Shown here piece after piece: positions 13,577 to 26,505 of a stretch of DNA of 64,000 bases. This DNA comes from Phoronis australis (Eukaryota; Animalia; Phoronida), in contig NMRA01000676.1 in assembly GCA_002633005.1 (NCBI GenBank), forward strand, positions 62,001-126,000, given 5' to 3'. A program made the position numbers and the translations under genes. How positions within the stretch are numbered: position 1 is the first letter of the stretch; every line of letters starts with the position of its first letter. Under the pieces are notes generated by a model. The model saw only the letters and a program-made list of their open reading frames with translations. It ran no database searches and was not told the DNA's origin.

Positions 13577-13840
13577 CTACAACGTTCTTGCTGTAGGCGA
13601 TCTAAAATGACACCCCGTTCTGGGCACTGCCGCGATGTTTCGGTTGGTTGTTGACTTCGCTAAAATCATCCACGCAAATTTGGGGCTGTCCAAAATCAGC
13701 ATCTGAAACAATGTGTTAGAGGATATCGTTTCATTCCAAGTATGCAAATGTTTAAGAATTACTTCGTCGTTCCCGTGCCGAATACATTTCTCCAGTCGTC
13801 GAGTAGCAGTCGTCATGATTGCGATGGTCGGGATCGTCAA
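13577..13840 (-). CDS. Probable terminal exon of the MS4A-like gene (frame uncertain)
   Basis: Acceptor aacatgttag just upstream of 13840. The phase-0 frame is open for 87 aa; an alternative frame gives DDPDHRNHDDCYSTTGEMYSARERRSNS*. Confidence 0.35.
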   Translation of the reverse strand: MTIPTIAIMTTATRRLEKCIRHGNDEVILKHLHTWNETISSNTLFQMLILDSPKFAWMILAKSTTNRNIAAVPRTGCHFRSPTARTL

Positions 13841-14687
13841 CTAACATGTTGCTTTCATTGAGAAATTACACGTTAACGGAAAACAAAATATTTTCATTAT
13901 AGCCCACTTTATACACGTAGTCTGCTGAGACCTTTTACGTAAGGGGGCTACGTTCGGTGGCGCAGTCTGGCTTCATAGGTATAACACGTTGAAACCTTGT
14001 TTTTAAAAAATACACCCTTTCTTAAAAGATCAGCGTGTCTATCGTTTCTGTATCCAGTTCAACCGCCTTTGGAGTTAATAAAAATTTCAAAGTACCTTTT
14101 GGGCGTACGCTCTTGTCTTTTGAAGAATCACTTTTACTTTTCTGAAATAAATACATGTATAGTCCAAACTCTGAAGTTATTAGTGTAACGCCAAGCTCCT
14201 GTGTGTTACAACTTAGCTAAATTTGTAGTCTTAACAAATCATGATCACGTCTTGTAAAAAGTCAATAATGATATTTGTTGCAAAACATAAATCTCTGAGA
14301 TTCGTAACGCAGAACTCAAAAATCTACTAATAACTAGAAAAATGTTATTTGCACATCCGTGAAACTAAGTCACGCTTTATTCTTTGGTAATCGACTTAAA
14401 CGATTGTGAACTTGTTTTCAGTCAACACTTCATGTTAATTTGATTTCTGGGCAGCAATAGTATCTTTTGCATTTACATATGCTAATGAGATTCGACATTT
14501 TACAAAATGTCACGTGAAAAACTTTAGCGGTACCGGACTTCACTACAGCTTGGTCTTGTTATCTTAAACAAAGTAAAGTCTAAAAATTCACTGGGTATTC
14601 ATACTTCCTTGAGTTCTACTCCAACGTTACATCTTTAAGCTATGACGTCATTGAAATCTTGTACATTACAATTGTTAATATTCTAAC

Positions 14688-14813
14688 CCTTTCCTTGTTA
14701 ACCCTGGTAGGACAGCAAATCACGTTGGAGCAGAGGACCATGGACGCGAACATGAATAGAATCTGGAAGCCACACATGGCAGCCACCGTCCGCTTGCACG
14801 AGAAAGTAATGTC
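14688..14813 (-). CDS. MS4A/CD20-like protein, exon 3 (TM4)
   Basis: ttggcag|DITFSCKRTVAAMCGFQILFMFASMVLCSNVICCPTRVNKER|gttaga. A hydrophobic helix is followed by the CC motif typical of MS4A-type TM4. Confidence 0.65.
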
Positions 14814-15250
14814 CTGCCAATCAGATTTCAGAACTAAACTCAATTCTTGGAAAATATTCGGAAACAATTTACAGTGGCTGATTTACAGGGGCACGGTGTC
14901 ACACTGTTTGCGCTTAGCTTACTGGCACTAGAGGCGTCAAGCTGAGCGCGCAGCTTTCGTCTGCGACAGGCTTCAGCTGGGCTCATCCGCATGACAGAAG
15001 TGCAGTTAACATTAACAAATAATTTACAGGTTAATTAGTTTTCTTCGCAACAACCCACGTTATAGTTTAAATATTGGTATCCAAATGCCCGAGTTAAGCA
15101 GACGACACATGCATGTGCAAAGTCATCCGATCCGACTTTGCGCTACTCATCGGTGATAACTGCCAGACAGAAAATCTATATAGAAAATAATGCAGTGTAG
15201 GATCGCATGGTTTTGCCCACGCATGTGTTAAAATTCGTGTCGATAAATAC

Positions 15251-15442
15251 CGGTATGTCGACGACTAGAAGAGGGTTCATGGTTGCTTTCTTGGAATAAC
15301 TGATGAAAATATCCATGGTCAGTTCCGCGATGGCACCCATGGCAATGGCAATAACAACTAAGGAGGCTAAAGTGTGAATCGTCATCAGGGTCCTCTTTTT
15401 CATCCTACCAACGCACAACGCTGTGAATCCGACGATAAGGAA
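15251..15442 (-). CDS. MS4A/CD20-like protein, exon 2 (end of TM2, TM3)
   Basis: tttttcccag|FLIVGFTALCVGRMKKRTLMTIHTLASLVVIAIAMGAIAELTMDIFISYSKKATMNPLLVVDIP|gtattt, phase 0/0. Confidence 0.7.
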
Positions 15443-16676
15443 CTGGGAAAAACACAGTTACGTGTTACGCTCTTGGGTGGCGAATTTCGTAGGTAAAAAT
15501 TCTTGTTTGCCTCTCCCCTTTGATACATTTGGGAGTTAAGACTGTGCGACCTTGTCAACTGTAAAAACCGTGACACAGAACTGTGTAATGCCTTCCAGGT
15601 CACACTCATGTCCGTGGAGCTAAAAACTTTCAACTGAAGTCGTTTTTTTCGTTTTTTTCTTCGTTTTTGGTATATTGAATTCACCGATTGTGATTTGCAG
15701 AGCTATAACGAAAAATTTAACCATGATGCTGACAACGTAGTTACTTGTCAACACAAGGTAAATGATGTTTAAGTATTTTAAATTATGTTTCATGAAACAT
15801 TAACCCCGCTGTGTCAGCATCCAAAATGAGTCAAACTCCATCACTTTTGAAAGAACGTACTGGCAAGCCTTCCCAAACTTGAGACCCTTCAAACTTTGCA
15901 GGCACTTTTTGAAAATAAGTTTGTTTGTTGAACGCAAATGCAGAGCCAAACCCAAAGAAGTTTACTTCAGAAATTAGCAACTATGCCCTCGACGAATCGA
16001 ATATTGTCAAGAGATAGACATCATGCAGGAAAACGGTGGACACTTGAAGGAAATTTTAAACAGGCTTTTTAAAGCGGTAACGAATCAATAGTATTTTAAT
16101 TATAATTTGGTAGGAAAAACATCAACTCATAGCAGTTTTGAATTGTAAAGTTTGATGGTGGCACGATTTCTTTGGTAATAATTACTCAAAGCGGCTTTAA
16201 ACTAGAATTCCGTCAAAATTCAGGTTTAAATCACCGCTATAAATCTGGTACTAACCAATTGTTTCTTACGCGGCCCCACAGAAGGGTGCATTTTTCACGA
16301 CCAATTTCCTTCGTATTTGCTGACAAAATTCTTTGCGAAATGATGCACAATACCCGCAACAGCAAAAAGCCGAGTAGCCTACAAACTGAAACAACACGCC
16401 ACTACCTAAGAGCGGTTTTAGAAAGTCATGCAAACTGAAGTGCTTCTCAGTTCTATGTCGAAAGAGCAACTCTGTCGACAGTGTGAAACTACTAATGTTG
16501 TCGCTTATTGTCGCTATCTTTGTCAAACTACTTAGTATAAATCTACAGTTTTTAACTACATTTTAAAAACGTTGGCTGCAAAAGATATGTATCCCAACTT
16601 TTTGACAACACGATATCTCTTCGATCTTGTTCCGTTTCAGGTCAAAAATATAGTTGAGTAATACGTAACAACTTAC

Positions 16677-16901
16677 AAGACTGCCCACCCACACGCCCAC
16701 GTAGGCTGACGAATAATCCGTTGCGTGTAGCGTCACCATTATTTCCACAACACCCAGTGAGATGCAGACGACACTAACAATGATCTGTATGACACCAAGC
16801 ATCAGAACCTTTATTGCTGTCTTTTTTGGCATGGTAGTACTCCATGTCAAGTCAGTGACACAGTTCTTCGACTGGCAGCTGGTCACCAGATTCTCAACCA
16901 T
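16677..16901 (-). CDS. MS4A/CD20-like protein, first coding exon (TM1, start of TM2); start ATG at 16901 or 16832
   Basis: MPKKTAIKVLMLGVIQIIVSVVCISLGVVEI...SAYVGVWVGSL|gtaagt matches the CD20/MS4A LGxxQI...GxWxG pattern. Confidence 0.72.
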
Positions 16902-17549
16902 ATCAGAGATTGTAAATGCTTGGTGTTCATGCGGCCATGTAAATTCTACGGTAATTTCCAGCGTTTGAAGTTTGGCATCGTGAAAAACGAAAACACGTGG
17001 AAATTCCCAGACAACTGGTTGCAAATTTGTTTAGGCTCTAGTTCCTACTTTTTGGTAGCTCGCTACATAAATATAGGCAATCTAAACCCGTGGTTATAAC
17101 CATAATATAGAATAGCGGTACATAGGTAGAAACTCTATATCCATGGTCACTCCGACCATAGAATAGCGTGATACATATATAGACATTCTAAATCCATGAC
17201 CATAACATACGCCTATATATAAAATATTTGTCAATAGGGAGCCACTCCAGTCTACTAAACATATGAGTTGACGGAGTGTCAAAAGGCACACCAAGAACAA
17301 GTCTGGCCGCCTGCTTCTGAGCCTTCAATGAAGAGGAAACTAATTTTGCATTGCATCCTGACTACAATAAACGAACAGAGGGAATACACAAGCGCTGAAA
17401 TATTGCAGACGCCCTTCTGTGGGAAGAAATGGTGATATACGCCGGAGAAGACCAAGGCGCTGCCTAATTTTGGACACAGTCCCAATGGTTAGACCAGCTG
17501 GGGGTCTTGTTTACGGTAACACCTAATAACTTTTCACTGTCAACATATT

Positions 17550-18045
17550 TGAGGCGTACATTGGAAATAGCAAGGTTAAGCTCAAGATTACTTCTACTAT
17601 GCCGTTGCATTAATTACCATTTTATTATCAGTACACCAGGTGGCAACCTTATCCAGATCAGACTAGAGTCTGTCCTTTACAGCGATCAGCGAGTTTGCCA
17701 CAACAGACAATGTAGTATCATCTGCATACACGTCAATCGTGTTTTCGCAGACTAAAGAGAGATCATTTATAAAAAGTAAAAACAGCAGAGGTCCCAGGAT
17801 AGATCCCTGGGGAACACCGTGAGTGATACCTCGGGACTCAGACAGATGTCCACCAAGGGATACAACCTGGCACCTCTCTGAGAGCTGATTTAAACCAGTC
17901 TAGGGAGACCTTGCCCACTTTGTAAATTAACAATTTACTTAGAAGTATATTGTGATCAACGATATCAAAAGCTTTTTTAAAATCAAGAAATACTACACCA
18001 ACGTTGTGACTACTATCTACACCCTGATCCCAGCCGTTAACAATA
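17550..18045 (-). mobile_element. Degenerate LINE (CR1/L2 clade) reverse-transcriptase fragment
   Basis: The minus strand encodes VGVVFLDFKKAFDIVDHNILLSKL, HGVPQGSILGPLLFLLFINDL and YADDTTL, with frame disruptions. Confidence 0.9.
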
Positions 18046-20076
18046 TTAATGATTCGTTGGTTTCTGATTTACTTTTTATGTATCTACTAATATCGATAGA
18101 TTCATAAATGATTTTTGACAATTAGAAGCTAATCTTGTAAGAATTGGAGATAATTCAGTGAATTTAATTGCTGCCTGAAGTTGCAAAAACTCTATAATCC
18201 GATCCCCAAATAGTAAAAAGTACACTTAGACGATTTTTGCATATCTAAAATAACCCTCAAAGACATTGATGAAATTCATACACACAAACCGTAGATAGAA
18301 AAAAAAAACGTTTTAAAAATCCTTAATAAATAAAATGAAACTCATTTCTTGGAAAGATTGTCTTCGCAGTTCCTTCGTGTTTTTAGTTTACAGTAGTATT
18401 GAGTAATTTTTGTTTCTTCATAAGTGAATTGATTGCTTTTCCTGACTGACGTATGCACGTTAAAAGTAAGAAGTAACATCATGCAGTAGGCCGACAAGGA
18501 CTGAATTTGAACTGCAAGCGTTCAGGAAGTGTGTACATTTTTGGTAAACACTATCCTTTTCCCCAGCCACCAGAAACTGAACTACCGGTCGTGTTTCAAC
18601 AAGGGATTTTGAAACAGCTCCAAAGGCACTATACCAGGGACTTCGGAGCCCCATCTTTTCAAAAAAAACTTTCAAAGAATGACCATAATAAAATAAAGTT
18701 TTCCCGAAAATGGATCACAACAAAACGAATCTTGACCTTTGAACGAGAGCAAACGGCCGGTACGAGCTAAGCTGCCCGTCTCAAGTGAATCACAGCTGAG
18801 CTGGCCAGCAAGTAGCTTTAGTTCAACGGGAATTTCGTATTTTCACACTGTTAGATCTCAGCTATAGCTACTCGAGGCAGCTCTTCGCTACAGGTCAGTG
18901 TACTGGTCCTAGGCCCATTCTTACTCTCCGTGTTGGTTCACGGTTACTCAACTTTTAATGGCTGGATCTATGGGATTGCTTAAGAGGCGGATCCATGATT
19001 TTGAGTTGGGGGNAGTATATTGTGATCAACGATATCAAAAGCTTTTTTAAAATCCAGAAATACTACACCAACGTTGTGACTACTATCTACACCCTGATCC
19101 CAGCCGTTAACAATATTAATGATTCGTTGGTTTCTGATTTACTTTTTATGTATCTACTAATATCGATAGATTCATAAATGATTTTTGACAATTAGAAGCT
19201 AATCTTGTAAGAATTGGTGATAATTCAGTGATTTAATTTCTGCCTGAAGTTGCAAAAACTCTATAATCCGATCCCCAAATAGTAAAAAGTACACTTAGAC
19301 GATTTTTGCATATCTAAAATAACTCTCAAAGACATTGATGAAATTCATACACACAAACCGTAGAAAGAAAAAAAAATTTAAAATCCTTAATAAATAAAAT
19401 GAAACTCGTTTCTTGGAAAGATTGTCTTCGCAGTTCCTTCGTGTTTTTAGTTTCCAGTAGTATTGAGTAATTTTTGTTTCTTCAAAAGTGAATTGATTGC
19501 TTTTCCTGACTGACGTATGCACGTTAAAAGTAAGAAGTAACATGCAGTAGGCCGACAAGGACTGAATTTGAACTGCAAGCGTTCAGGAAGTGTGTACATT
19601 TTTGGGGCACACTATCCTTTTCCCCAGCTACCAGAAACTGAACTACTGGTCATGTTTCAACAAGGGATTTTGAAACAGCTCCAAAGGCTCTATACCAGGG
19701 ACTTCGGAGCCCCATCTTTTCAAAAAAAAAAACTTTCAAAGAATGACCATAATAAAATAAAGTTTTCCCGAAAATGGATCACGACAAAACGAATCTTGAC
19801 CTTTGAACGAGAGCAAACGGCCGGTACGAGCTAAGCTGCCCGTCTCAAGTGAATCACAGCTGAGCTGGCCAGCAAGTAGTTTTAGTTCAACGGGAATTTC
19901 GTATTTTCACACTGTTAGATCTCAGCTATAGCTACTCGAGGCAGCTCTTCGCTACAGGTCAGTGTACTGGTCCTAGGCCCATTCTTACTCTCCGTGTTGG
20001 TTGACGGTTACTCAACTCTTAATGGCTGGATCTATGGGATTGCTTAAGAGGCGGATCCATGATTTTGAGTTGGGGG
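17944..20076. repeat. ~1.07-kb tandem duplication (17944-19012 / 19014-20076) joined by one N; probable haplotype assembly artefact
   Basis: Near-identical copies with scattered SNPs and indels; single n at 19013. Confidence 0.85.
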
Positions 20077-22604
20077 TAGGGCAGAGTATTATTCAGGGTT
20101 TTACTAGTCAGAAATTGGCACCTCCGAACTGCCAAATGGAATCTGGGAGAATTTGAGGGGGGTCATGGCCTCTTGGCCTCCTAAATCTGCCACTATGCCT
20201 CCTCAGGTGGGAGNNNNNNNNNNNNNNNNNNNNNNNNNNNNNNNNNNNNNNNGAGGGGGGGGGGAGGTAGCGGAGGTGGTTGCAATGGGGGAGTTATTTG
20301 GCAACTTCAAAATGATTTGTGAGCTCCCCCAATAATTTTTGCCTTCCTACGGGCCTGCGAAGAGAGAGACCAATGTTGGAATCGATTACTTCTATTTTCC
20401 TGTTTTGTGAAATCGTACAACCGGAGGAAGGTCATTTCTTGGAGGGTCACAAGACCATGGAATGAACTGTCACTCTTGGCCTTTCAGAAGACTCCCTGCT
20501 TTCTCGATGGGGCGGTTCGGGGGAATTGTTCCCTTGTCCCTCTATACATGTAAATCCAACACTGCCAAGTTTCACGAGGGAATCTTGAGATTCCAAATTC
20601 ATCAAAAACACAAAACATTCGTGTAGTACAGTAGAGAAGTATTTCAAGACATTCGACCCAAACAACCAAAAAATGTGAAAAATACAATAGGACTAACCGA
20701 CATCGAAAAGGTGGAATTTTGAAGAACGTGAAAACCACTATTAGTGAGTTACACAAAAAGACTATTTCCGATGGTCAGTTATAAAATAATGTTACTTTTC
20801 TCCATAGTATTACACGAATAGTAAGTCTTATGAAAATCGTTGCTAAAAGTTGTTTGTAAGTAATTCGCCCATGTCGAAAAGACTGTGATGCCCGTGTACA
20901 TGTCGAACGGGGGTATCCAAAGTAATCGCAATAATAAACAAATATTTCAGCGCTTTTTGGAGTGTTCAAATTTAACTCGTGAACCGTGAGCGGTAGCTCT
21001 GAAATAAGCAAAACTACACCTTAATACGAATGCACCATCTAATGTGTTCCCCCGGTTACCCGTCAATAATCTGCGAGCCTTCCTGTCGAAATTGCTTACA
21101 ACATTCCGTTTTGATAAAGAAATTCGTTGGTTTCTGATTTACATGTTTATGAATCTAGGAAAACCGGCATATTGAGAGATGATTTGTAGCAATTAGAAAC
21201 TAATCTTTTAAGAAATGATGATGTTTCAGTGAATTTAGTTGCAGGCTGATTTTGGAAATATGTAATCTGATCCCCAAATCGTGCAGTACACCTGGGTAGT
21301 TTGGCGTAGTCGATCTGCCCGGCGTTCGGAAAATTTTAGCCTTTCTGGAATACCATAGACAGCTTCAAGGAACTCTCGAAATGGTGCACAACGATCGGGT
21401 GTCGCATATCAGACAATTCTTACGCTACACTGCATGAGGATCTGCACGTACGAAAGTGGACGAGTAAGCGTGCACTGCCGGGCACCATGAAGCCGAGGGC
21501 TTGATGCCACCCGGTCACGCCAGACTGCAGTGATCGAGTTAGTCGCTATTCGTGGGCTTTGCTGAATGCGCTCAGAGTATCGAAAGACAGGAATAGTGCG
21601 GTCGTAACCTAAGCGCCTGTTTAGTGTACTAGTTCAAGTTGCAACGAACGCGTAAGGCCAAATGCATGTGGATGAACGTTTCACAAGTACCAGAAATTAC
21701 AGGGATCCAGGATTTTGAGTTGGGGGCCCAGAGCCAGAGTATAAATCAGGATTTTGCCCTTCAGACATTCGCATCCCCCGAATTGGCAAATGGACTCTGA
21801 AAGAATAGGGGGCCATGACCGGGCCCTCCTTGGCTCCCTTGAAATCTTCCTCTGAATTACGTGCATAAGTTAATTCTCCTTAGTAATTATTTGAGGGCGT
21901 AACGTAACTTTTAACGGCGTAAAATAATTATTTGCAGCGTTACGTCGCAAATAGTTACTTTAAGCCTCTAACAATAAGTAACTTATGCGTGATTTAGATG
22001 CTTAACGCCAATCACACGCCAGTAAGCCCACGATATAAACATACGACAATCATGAAAAAAATAAACATTATCAATATAGCCGACTTTTTAAAATCGATGC
22101 ATCATAAGAGAAATTAGCGAACAGGTTTTCTTCAGCATCGCGGCTTTTAAAAATCACAATAGTGATTCCCGAGAATTTGGGACAGGTTACAGTCACGCTC
22201 AGGCGCGCTTGGAGGCGCAATAAAACCTGAGCGTTAGCGTAGGAGTTGTCTCATGATTGCCGATGACCGCGTGGGTTCATGAAAGTGAAAACGAAACTCC
22301 ATAACTGTGAATATTATGAGACCGGATTCTATGAGAGAAAAATGCCTAATTCGATTTTCCAACTGGCCGTTGGTGGCGGCCGCCGGAATAAAACCAACCG
22401 TTGTCGGCTGAACCTCACTAGCAACACTTCATAGCTTTACTGAAAAGGTGGAAATGCTCCTGTGAATAAAACTGAGGTTTTTTATACCTGGAGCCCGTTT
22501 CTTTAACACGTCGTAATTTAACGACGTTTTGGAGAAAACCAAATACGTCGATGCGAAGGAAACGTGGGCCTACCAGGAGCACCTCAGTGGCTCAGTGCTA
22601 CTGG

Positions 22605-23852
22605 TTCCTAACTCTCCGCTATAGCAAGTAGTACGGAGTGATAAACTTGAGCCGTCATTACTGAAAACAGGTATTAGTATATGTTGTGAAGCGATTTTAA
22701 ACATGAAAAAATAAACAAACTTCTATTAATTATTTTTAATTTTCTTGTACTCACTCGCTTCATCGTCAGTAGGCCTATCATCTTCATAGCTCTTGCGTGG
22801 ATGTCGACACAAAAATGAATACTCCCATACAACGCGGTATCCCTGCGACATCCGGGCATCGCCATTCAGGTTGCGTGATTCTTTGTCTGCAGGGAGGTCT
22901 CAACATTTTTCATTCTGTTGCCAGTCGGCCCTTGCATATTTTTCAAGATTTCGCTTTGCTTTTTTGAAAATCATTGAACAAGAACTCACTAGAGGGAACA
23001 AATTGAGTTTCTTACTGATTTTGAGCTGCAGTATTGCTGAATTTAGAGGACATGTCGGTGAGAAGAAGGTTCGATCCAGCAGCACATGATCTGGACCCCA
23101 ATTTCCGACTTACAAAATTTACAGATTTGAAGGGAAGAGGATGTAAAGTAGCACAAGATGTCTTGCTGAAACTCCTAGAGGGGTTGCAAAACGATGAAAA
23201 TTCGGAGGCAGAGCAACAACAGCATTTCCANTTCCTAACTCTCCGCTATAGCAAGTAGTACGGAGTGATAAACTTGAGCCGCCATTACTGAAAACAGGTA
23301 TTAGTATATGTTGTGAAGCGATTTTAAACATGAAAATATAAACAAACTTCTATTAATTATTTTCTTGTACTCACTCGCTTCATCGTCAGTAGGCCTATCA
23401 TCTTCATAGCTCTTGCGTGGATGTCGACACAAAAATGAATACTCCCATACAACGCGGTATCCCTGCGACATCCGGGCATCGCCATTCAGGTTGCGTGGTT
23501 CTTTGTCTGCAGGGAGGTCTCAACATTTTTCATTCTGTTGCCAGTCGGCCCTTGCATATTTTTCAAGATTTCGCTTTGCTTTTTTGAAAATCATTGAACA
23601 AGAACTCACTAGAGGGAACAAATTGAGTTTTCTTACTGATTTTGAGCTGCAGTATTGCTGAATTTAGAGGACATGTCGGTGAGAAGAAGGTTCGATCCAG
23701 CAGCACATGATCTGGACCCCCAATTTCCGACTTACAAAATTTACAGATTTGAAGGGAAGAGGATGCAAAGTAGCTCAAGATGTCTTGCTGAAACTCCTAG
23801 AGGGGTTGCAAAACGATGAAAATTCGGAGGCAGAGCAACAACAGCATTTCCA
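22605..23852. repeat. ~0.62-kb tandem duplication (22605-23230 / 23232-23852) including SPS exon 1; probable haplotype artefact
   Basis: Single n at 23231. Copy 1 is truncated just before the end of the exon. Confidence 0.85.
23052..23230 (+). CDS. SEPHS1: Selenophosphate synthetase exon 1, duplicate partial copy (in frame)
   Basis: [46 protein letters not shown] aligns to the human SEPHS1 N-terminus ([21 protein letters not shown]). Codon 29 is AGA (23136-23138). The symbol denotes family and type, not proven orthology. Confidence 0.85.
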
Positions 23853-23884
23853 GTATGTGACGCTAACACCGACGCAGCGTATCG
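23673..23884 (+). CDS. SEPHS1: Selenophosphate synthetase (SPS1-like, Arg at the Sec site) exon 1
   Basis: ATG at 23673, AGA at 23758-23760, donor atcg|gtaagt. One extra C in the C-run at 23717-23721 relative to the other copy gives an apparent frameshift, probably a homopolymer error. Confidence 0.9.
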
Positions 23885-24414
23885 GTAAGTTTGGCCTGAG
23901 CCGCATGTGAACGGCCAGTCGCGTGTTGGGCGTCATTCAATTTCCACTTTGGTTTAAATGCCCCGACATTTTAATTCATAAAGGCCTTGATTGTGAACTT
24001 TAAATTTTTGTGAAGTTCATATATACAGTGTCGTTTGTTATGCGTATTCCCGTTTCTTAAGATTGTACCAAACAGTTCAATTTCAATGGTTGATATAACC
24101 CCCTTCTATTCCCATTTTATCAAAATGGCTGCCATTTTTCTCTTGGCCTCAAAATAGGTCACTTGAAATAGGTTACATTAAATAGGTCATCAGGCCAACC
24201 TTGTTAGAAAATTAAGTTGTTGTCATCTCGGCTGTATTTTGTTTAATAAAAGTTTTTCATTTTCATGTTGAGAATTTTTTCTGCATGTTGTTTTGCTATT
24301 CTCAGCGTTACAGGCTTGAAAGTTTTACTTTATTATCGTCAAAGTGTTCCTTTGAACTGTGAGTTGTGTGGCCTGTTTCATGAAACTATGAAGACATCAG
24401 ACCAAAAAGATTCC

Positions 24415-24765
24415 TATAAACACCTTTTGCGCATAAAGGGACACCTTAGTAGGCTGTTGATGTATTTAATTCCTTCCAACCAGAACAAACATTCCCGTTA
24501 TCAAAATTTTGCTTTGAGCAGTCCCTCGTACAGTTCCCAAAATCTGTAACTCACCGTTTTTAACACTATGGTGGCTGGTGCTATGACATCATATCTCCTG
24601 GCGTGCGCAGAGTGAAAATGATGAGTTACTGATTTTGGGAACTGAACAAGGGACTGCTCGGAGAAACGGTTTGGTAAGGGGAGTATTTAATTGTTCCCGT
24701 TGGAAGGAATTAAATACATCGACGGCCTTCTATGGTGTCCCTCCATACGCAAAAGATATTTATAA
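24415..24765. mobile_element. Foldback/MITE-like long inverted repeat in SPS intron 1
   Basis: Arms: ...gatgtatttaattccttccaac...gagcagtccct...cagttcccaaaatc and gattttgggaactg...agggactgctc...gttggaaggaattaaatacatc. Confidence 0.75.
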
Positions 24766-25035
24766 CAATGTGACTTCGATATTATAGTAGGTGCGAAGCA
24801 TAACTTCCCCGAAAAGCTTCCAGCGTATGAAGCGCCTATAGGAGCACCACTATCTCTACTGGTGGTGCCATTAGAGACAGTGAGCACTGTCTAATTGGGG
24901 ATTCATTTACATTTTGGATACTAATGGATATCATTTGCCTGAGAACACCCTATCATGGCTGGCTGGAAAGCATCATTTCTCATGTGCTTCTTTGCACTGA
25001 AACGAACCAATCAGTTAAGGATTTTACTATTTCAG

Positions 25036-25139
25036 GGATGGGCATGGACGCCTGTGTCACCCCTCTTTCTCACGGTGGACTCTCCCTTGTGCAAACAACA
25101 GACTTCTTCTACCCTCTGGTGGATGATCCTTACATGATG
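25036..25139 (+). CDS. SEPHS1: Selenophosphate synthetase exon 2
   Basis: ttcag|(G)[34 protein letters not shown]|gtaaat; the Asp equivalents of human D69 and D87 are intact. Confidence 0.95.
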
Positions 25140-25668
25140 GTAAATTTATGGTGTCAGTGTGAAGTGCTATTGGCTGTGCACATATTATATATATAAGACA
25201 AATAAATAAATATTCTGAATGCATTAACGTCTCCACATTCCTTGAAATGTATTATAACCGTTATTTTTGTCTTGTGTTCTAAAAAAATTTTCAGCTAATA
25301 TTTCAACTTTTTGTAGCTGAAATCTAGTACTGTATTTAATTTACTCTCTCATACTTGAAATGGCGCTTAATATCTGTGGCTCATAAAATTTGTAAGCTTT
25401 ACATGGAATAATGGCAAAGAATTAACCTTTTTCAGGAATTATTTTTTTCCGGCAGATCTATGCGAAGGCAAAACATTATGCGACTTGCCATTAAAGTGTC
25501 TGGTTGTCCCAACTTATCTGTCACACTAGTTATGAGTGTGGGTTGCGCACGCACAATCTCTCTTTTTAGTGTTGTAAAAAATTAAGTGAGTATAAAGCCA
25601 CCTTCCATCACTAAAATGAACTTTAGATTTAACCACTCACATTGTGCAATTGGCTCAAGTTTTTCCTT

Positions 25669-26240
25669 CTAGCTGATTTGTCACTGTGTCATTATTACTT
25701 GAGACCAGAATCTACCAGCTGAGTTGTCACTGGATGTCATTATTACTTGAGGACATTACTTGAGGACATTACTTGAGGAAAGACTAGCTGAGTTGTCACT
25801 GGGTGTCATTATTACTTGAGACCAGACTCTACTAGCTGAGTTGTCACTGGGTGTCATTATTACTTGAGACCAGACTCTACTAGTTGACTCTCATTGGGTG
25901 CCATTATTACTTGAGACCAGACTCTACTAGCTGAGTTGTCATTGGGTGTCATTATTACTTGAGACCAGACTCTACTAGCTGACTGTCATTGGGTGTCATT
26001 ATTACTTGAGACCAGTCTCTACTAGCTGAGTTGTCATTGGGTGTCATTATTACTTGAGACCAGACTCTACTAGCTGAGTTGTCATTGGGTGTCGTTATTA
26101 CTTGAGACCAGACTCTACTAGCTGACTTGTCACTGGGTGTCATTATTACTTGAGACAAGACTCTACCAGCTGACTTGCCACTGGGTGTCATTATTACTTG
26201 AGGACAAGCTCTACCACCTGACTTGCCACTGTGTGTCATT
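25669..26240. repeat. 48-bp minisatellite (~11-12 copies) in SPS intron 2
   Basis: Unit actagctgagttgtcactgggtgtcattattacttgagaccagactct. Confidence 0.92.
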
Positions 26241-26505
26241 TTATGTGCCAAGCTGGGTTTCAACGAATAATGTACGTTTCCTCACTTCTTGTCAAACTCA
26301 ATAATCACTTCTCATCTCAGTAAGGACCAAGACCACTTTTACAGCAGTAAGTGGTATAATAATAGTTTGTAACTGCTTTCAATTTAAAGTTCCATTTTCT
26401 TAACTTTTGTACTTATTAAGTATCTAACAATTAAATCCAAACCATGAAATGAATAGAGTATGACCTTCACCTTTGAGTTAAGCGAATGACCCATGAATAT
26501 TTCAG

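Noticed and set aside
13254-13654. PolyQ/polyT/polyV ORFs
   Set aside because: Translations of a (CAA)n microsatellite in probable UTR or intergenic DNA.
23052-23884. Two SPS first exons as an alternative-exon Sec/non-Sec system like that of ascidians
   Set aside because: Both copies carry AGA, the first lacks a donor and ends at a single N, and the flanks are duplicated too, which points to a haplotype artefact. I saw no TGA-bearing exon 1 nearby.
25669-26263. CRISPR-like array, or the 102-aa repeat ORF at 25955-26263
   Set aside because: Head-to-tail 48-bp units with no unique spacers, no cas genes, and located in a eukaryotic intron. The ORF is a by-product of a unit length divisible by 3.
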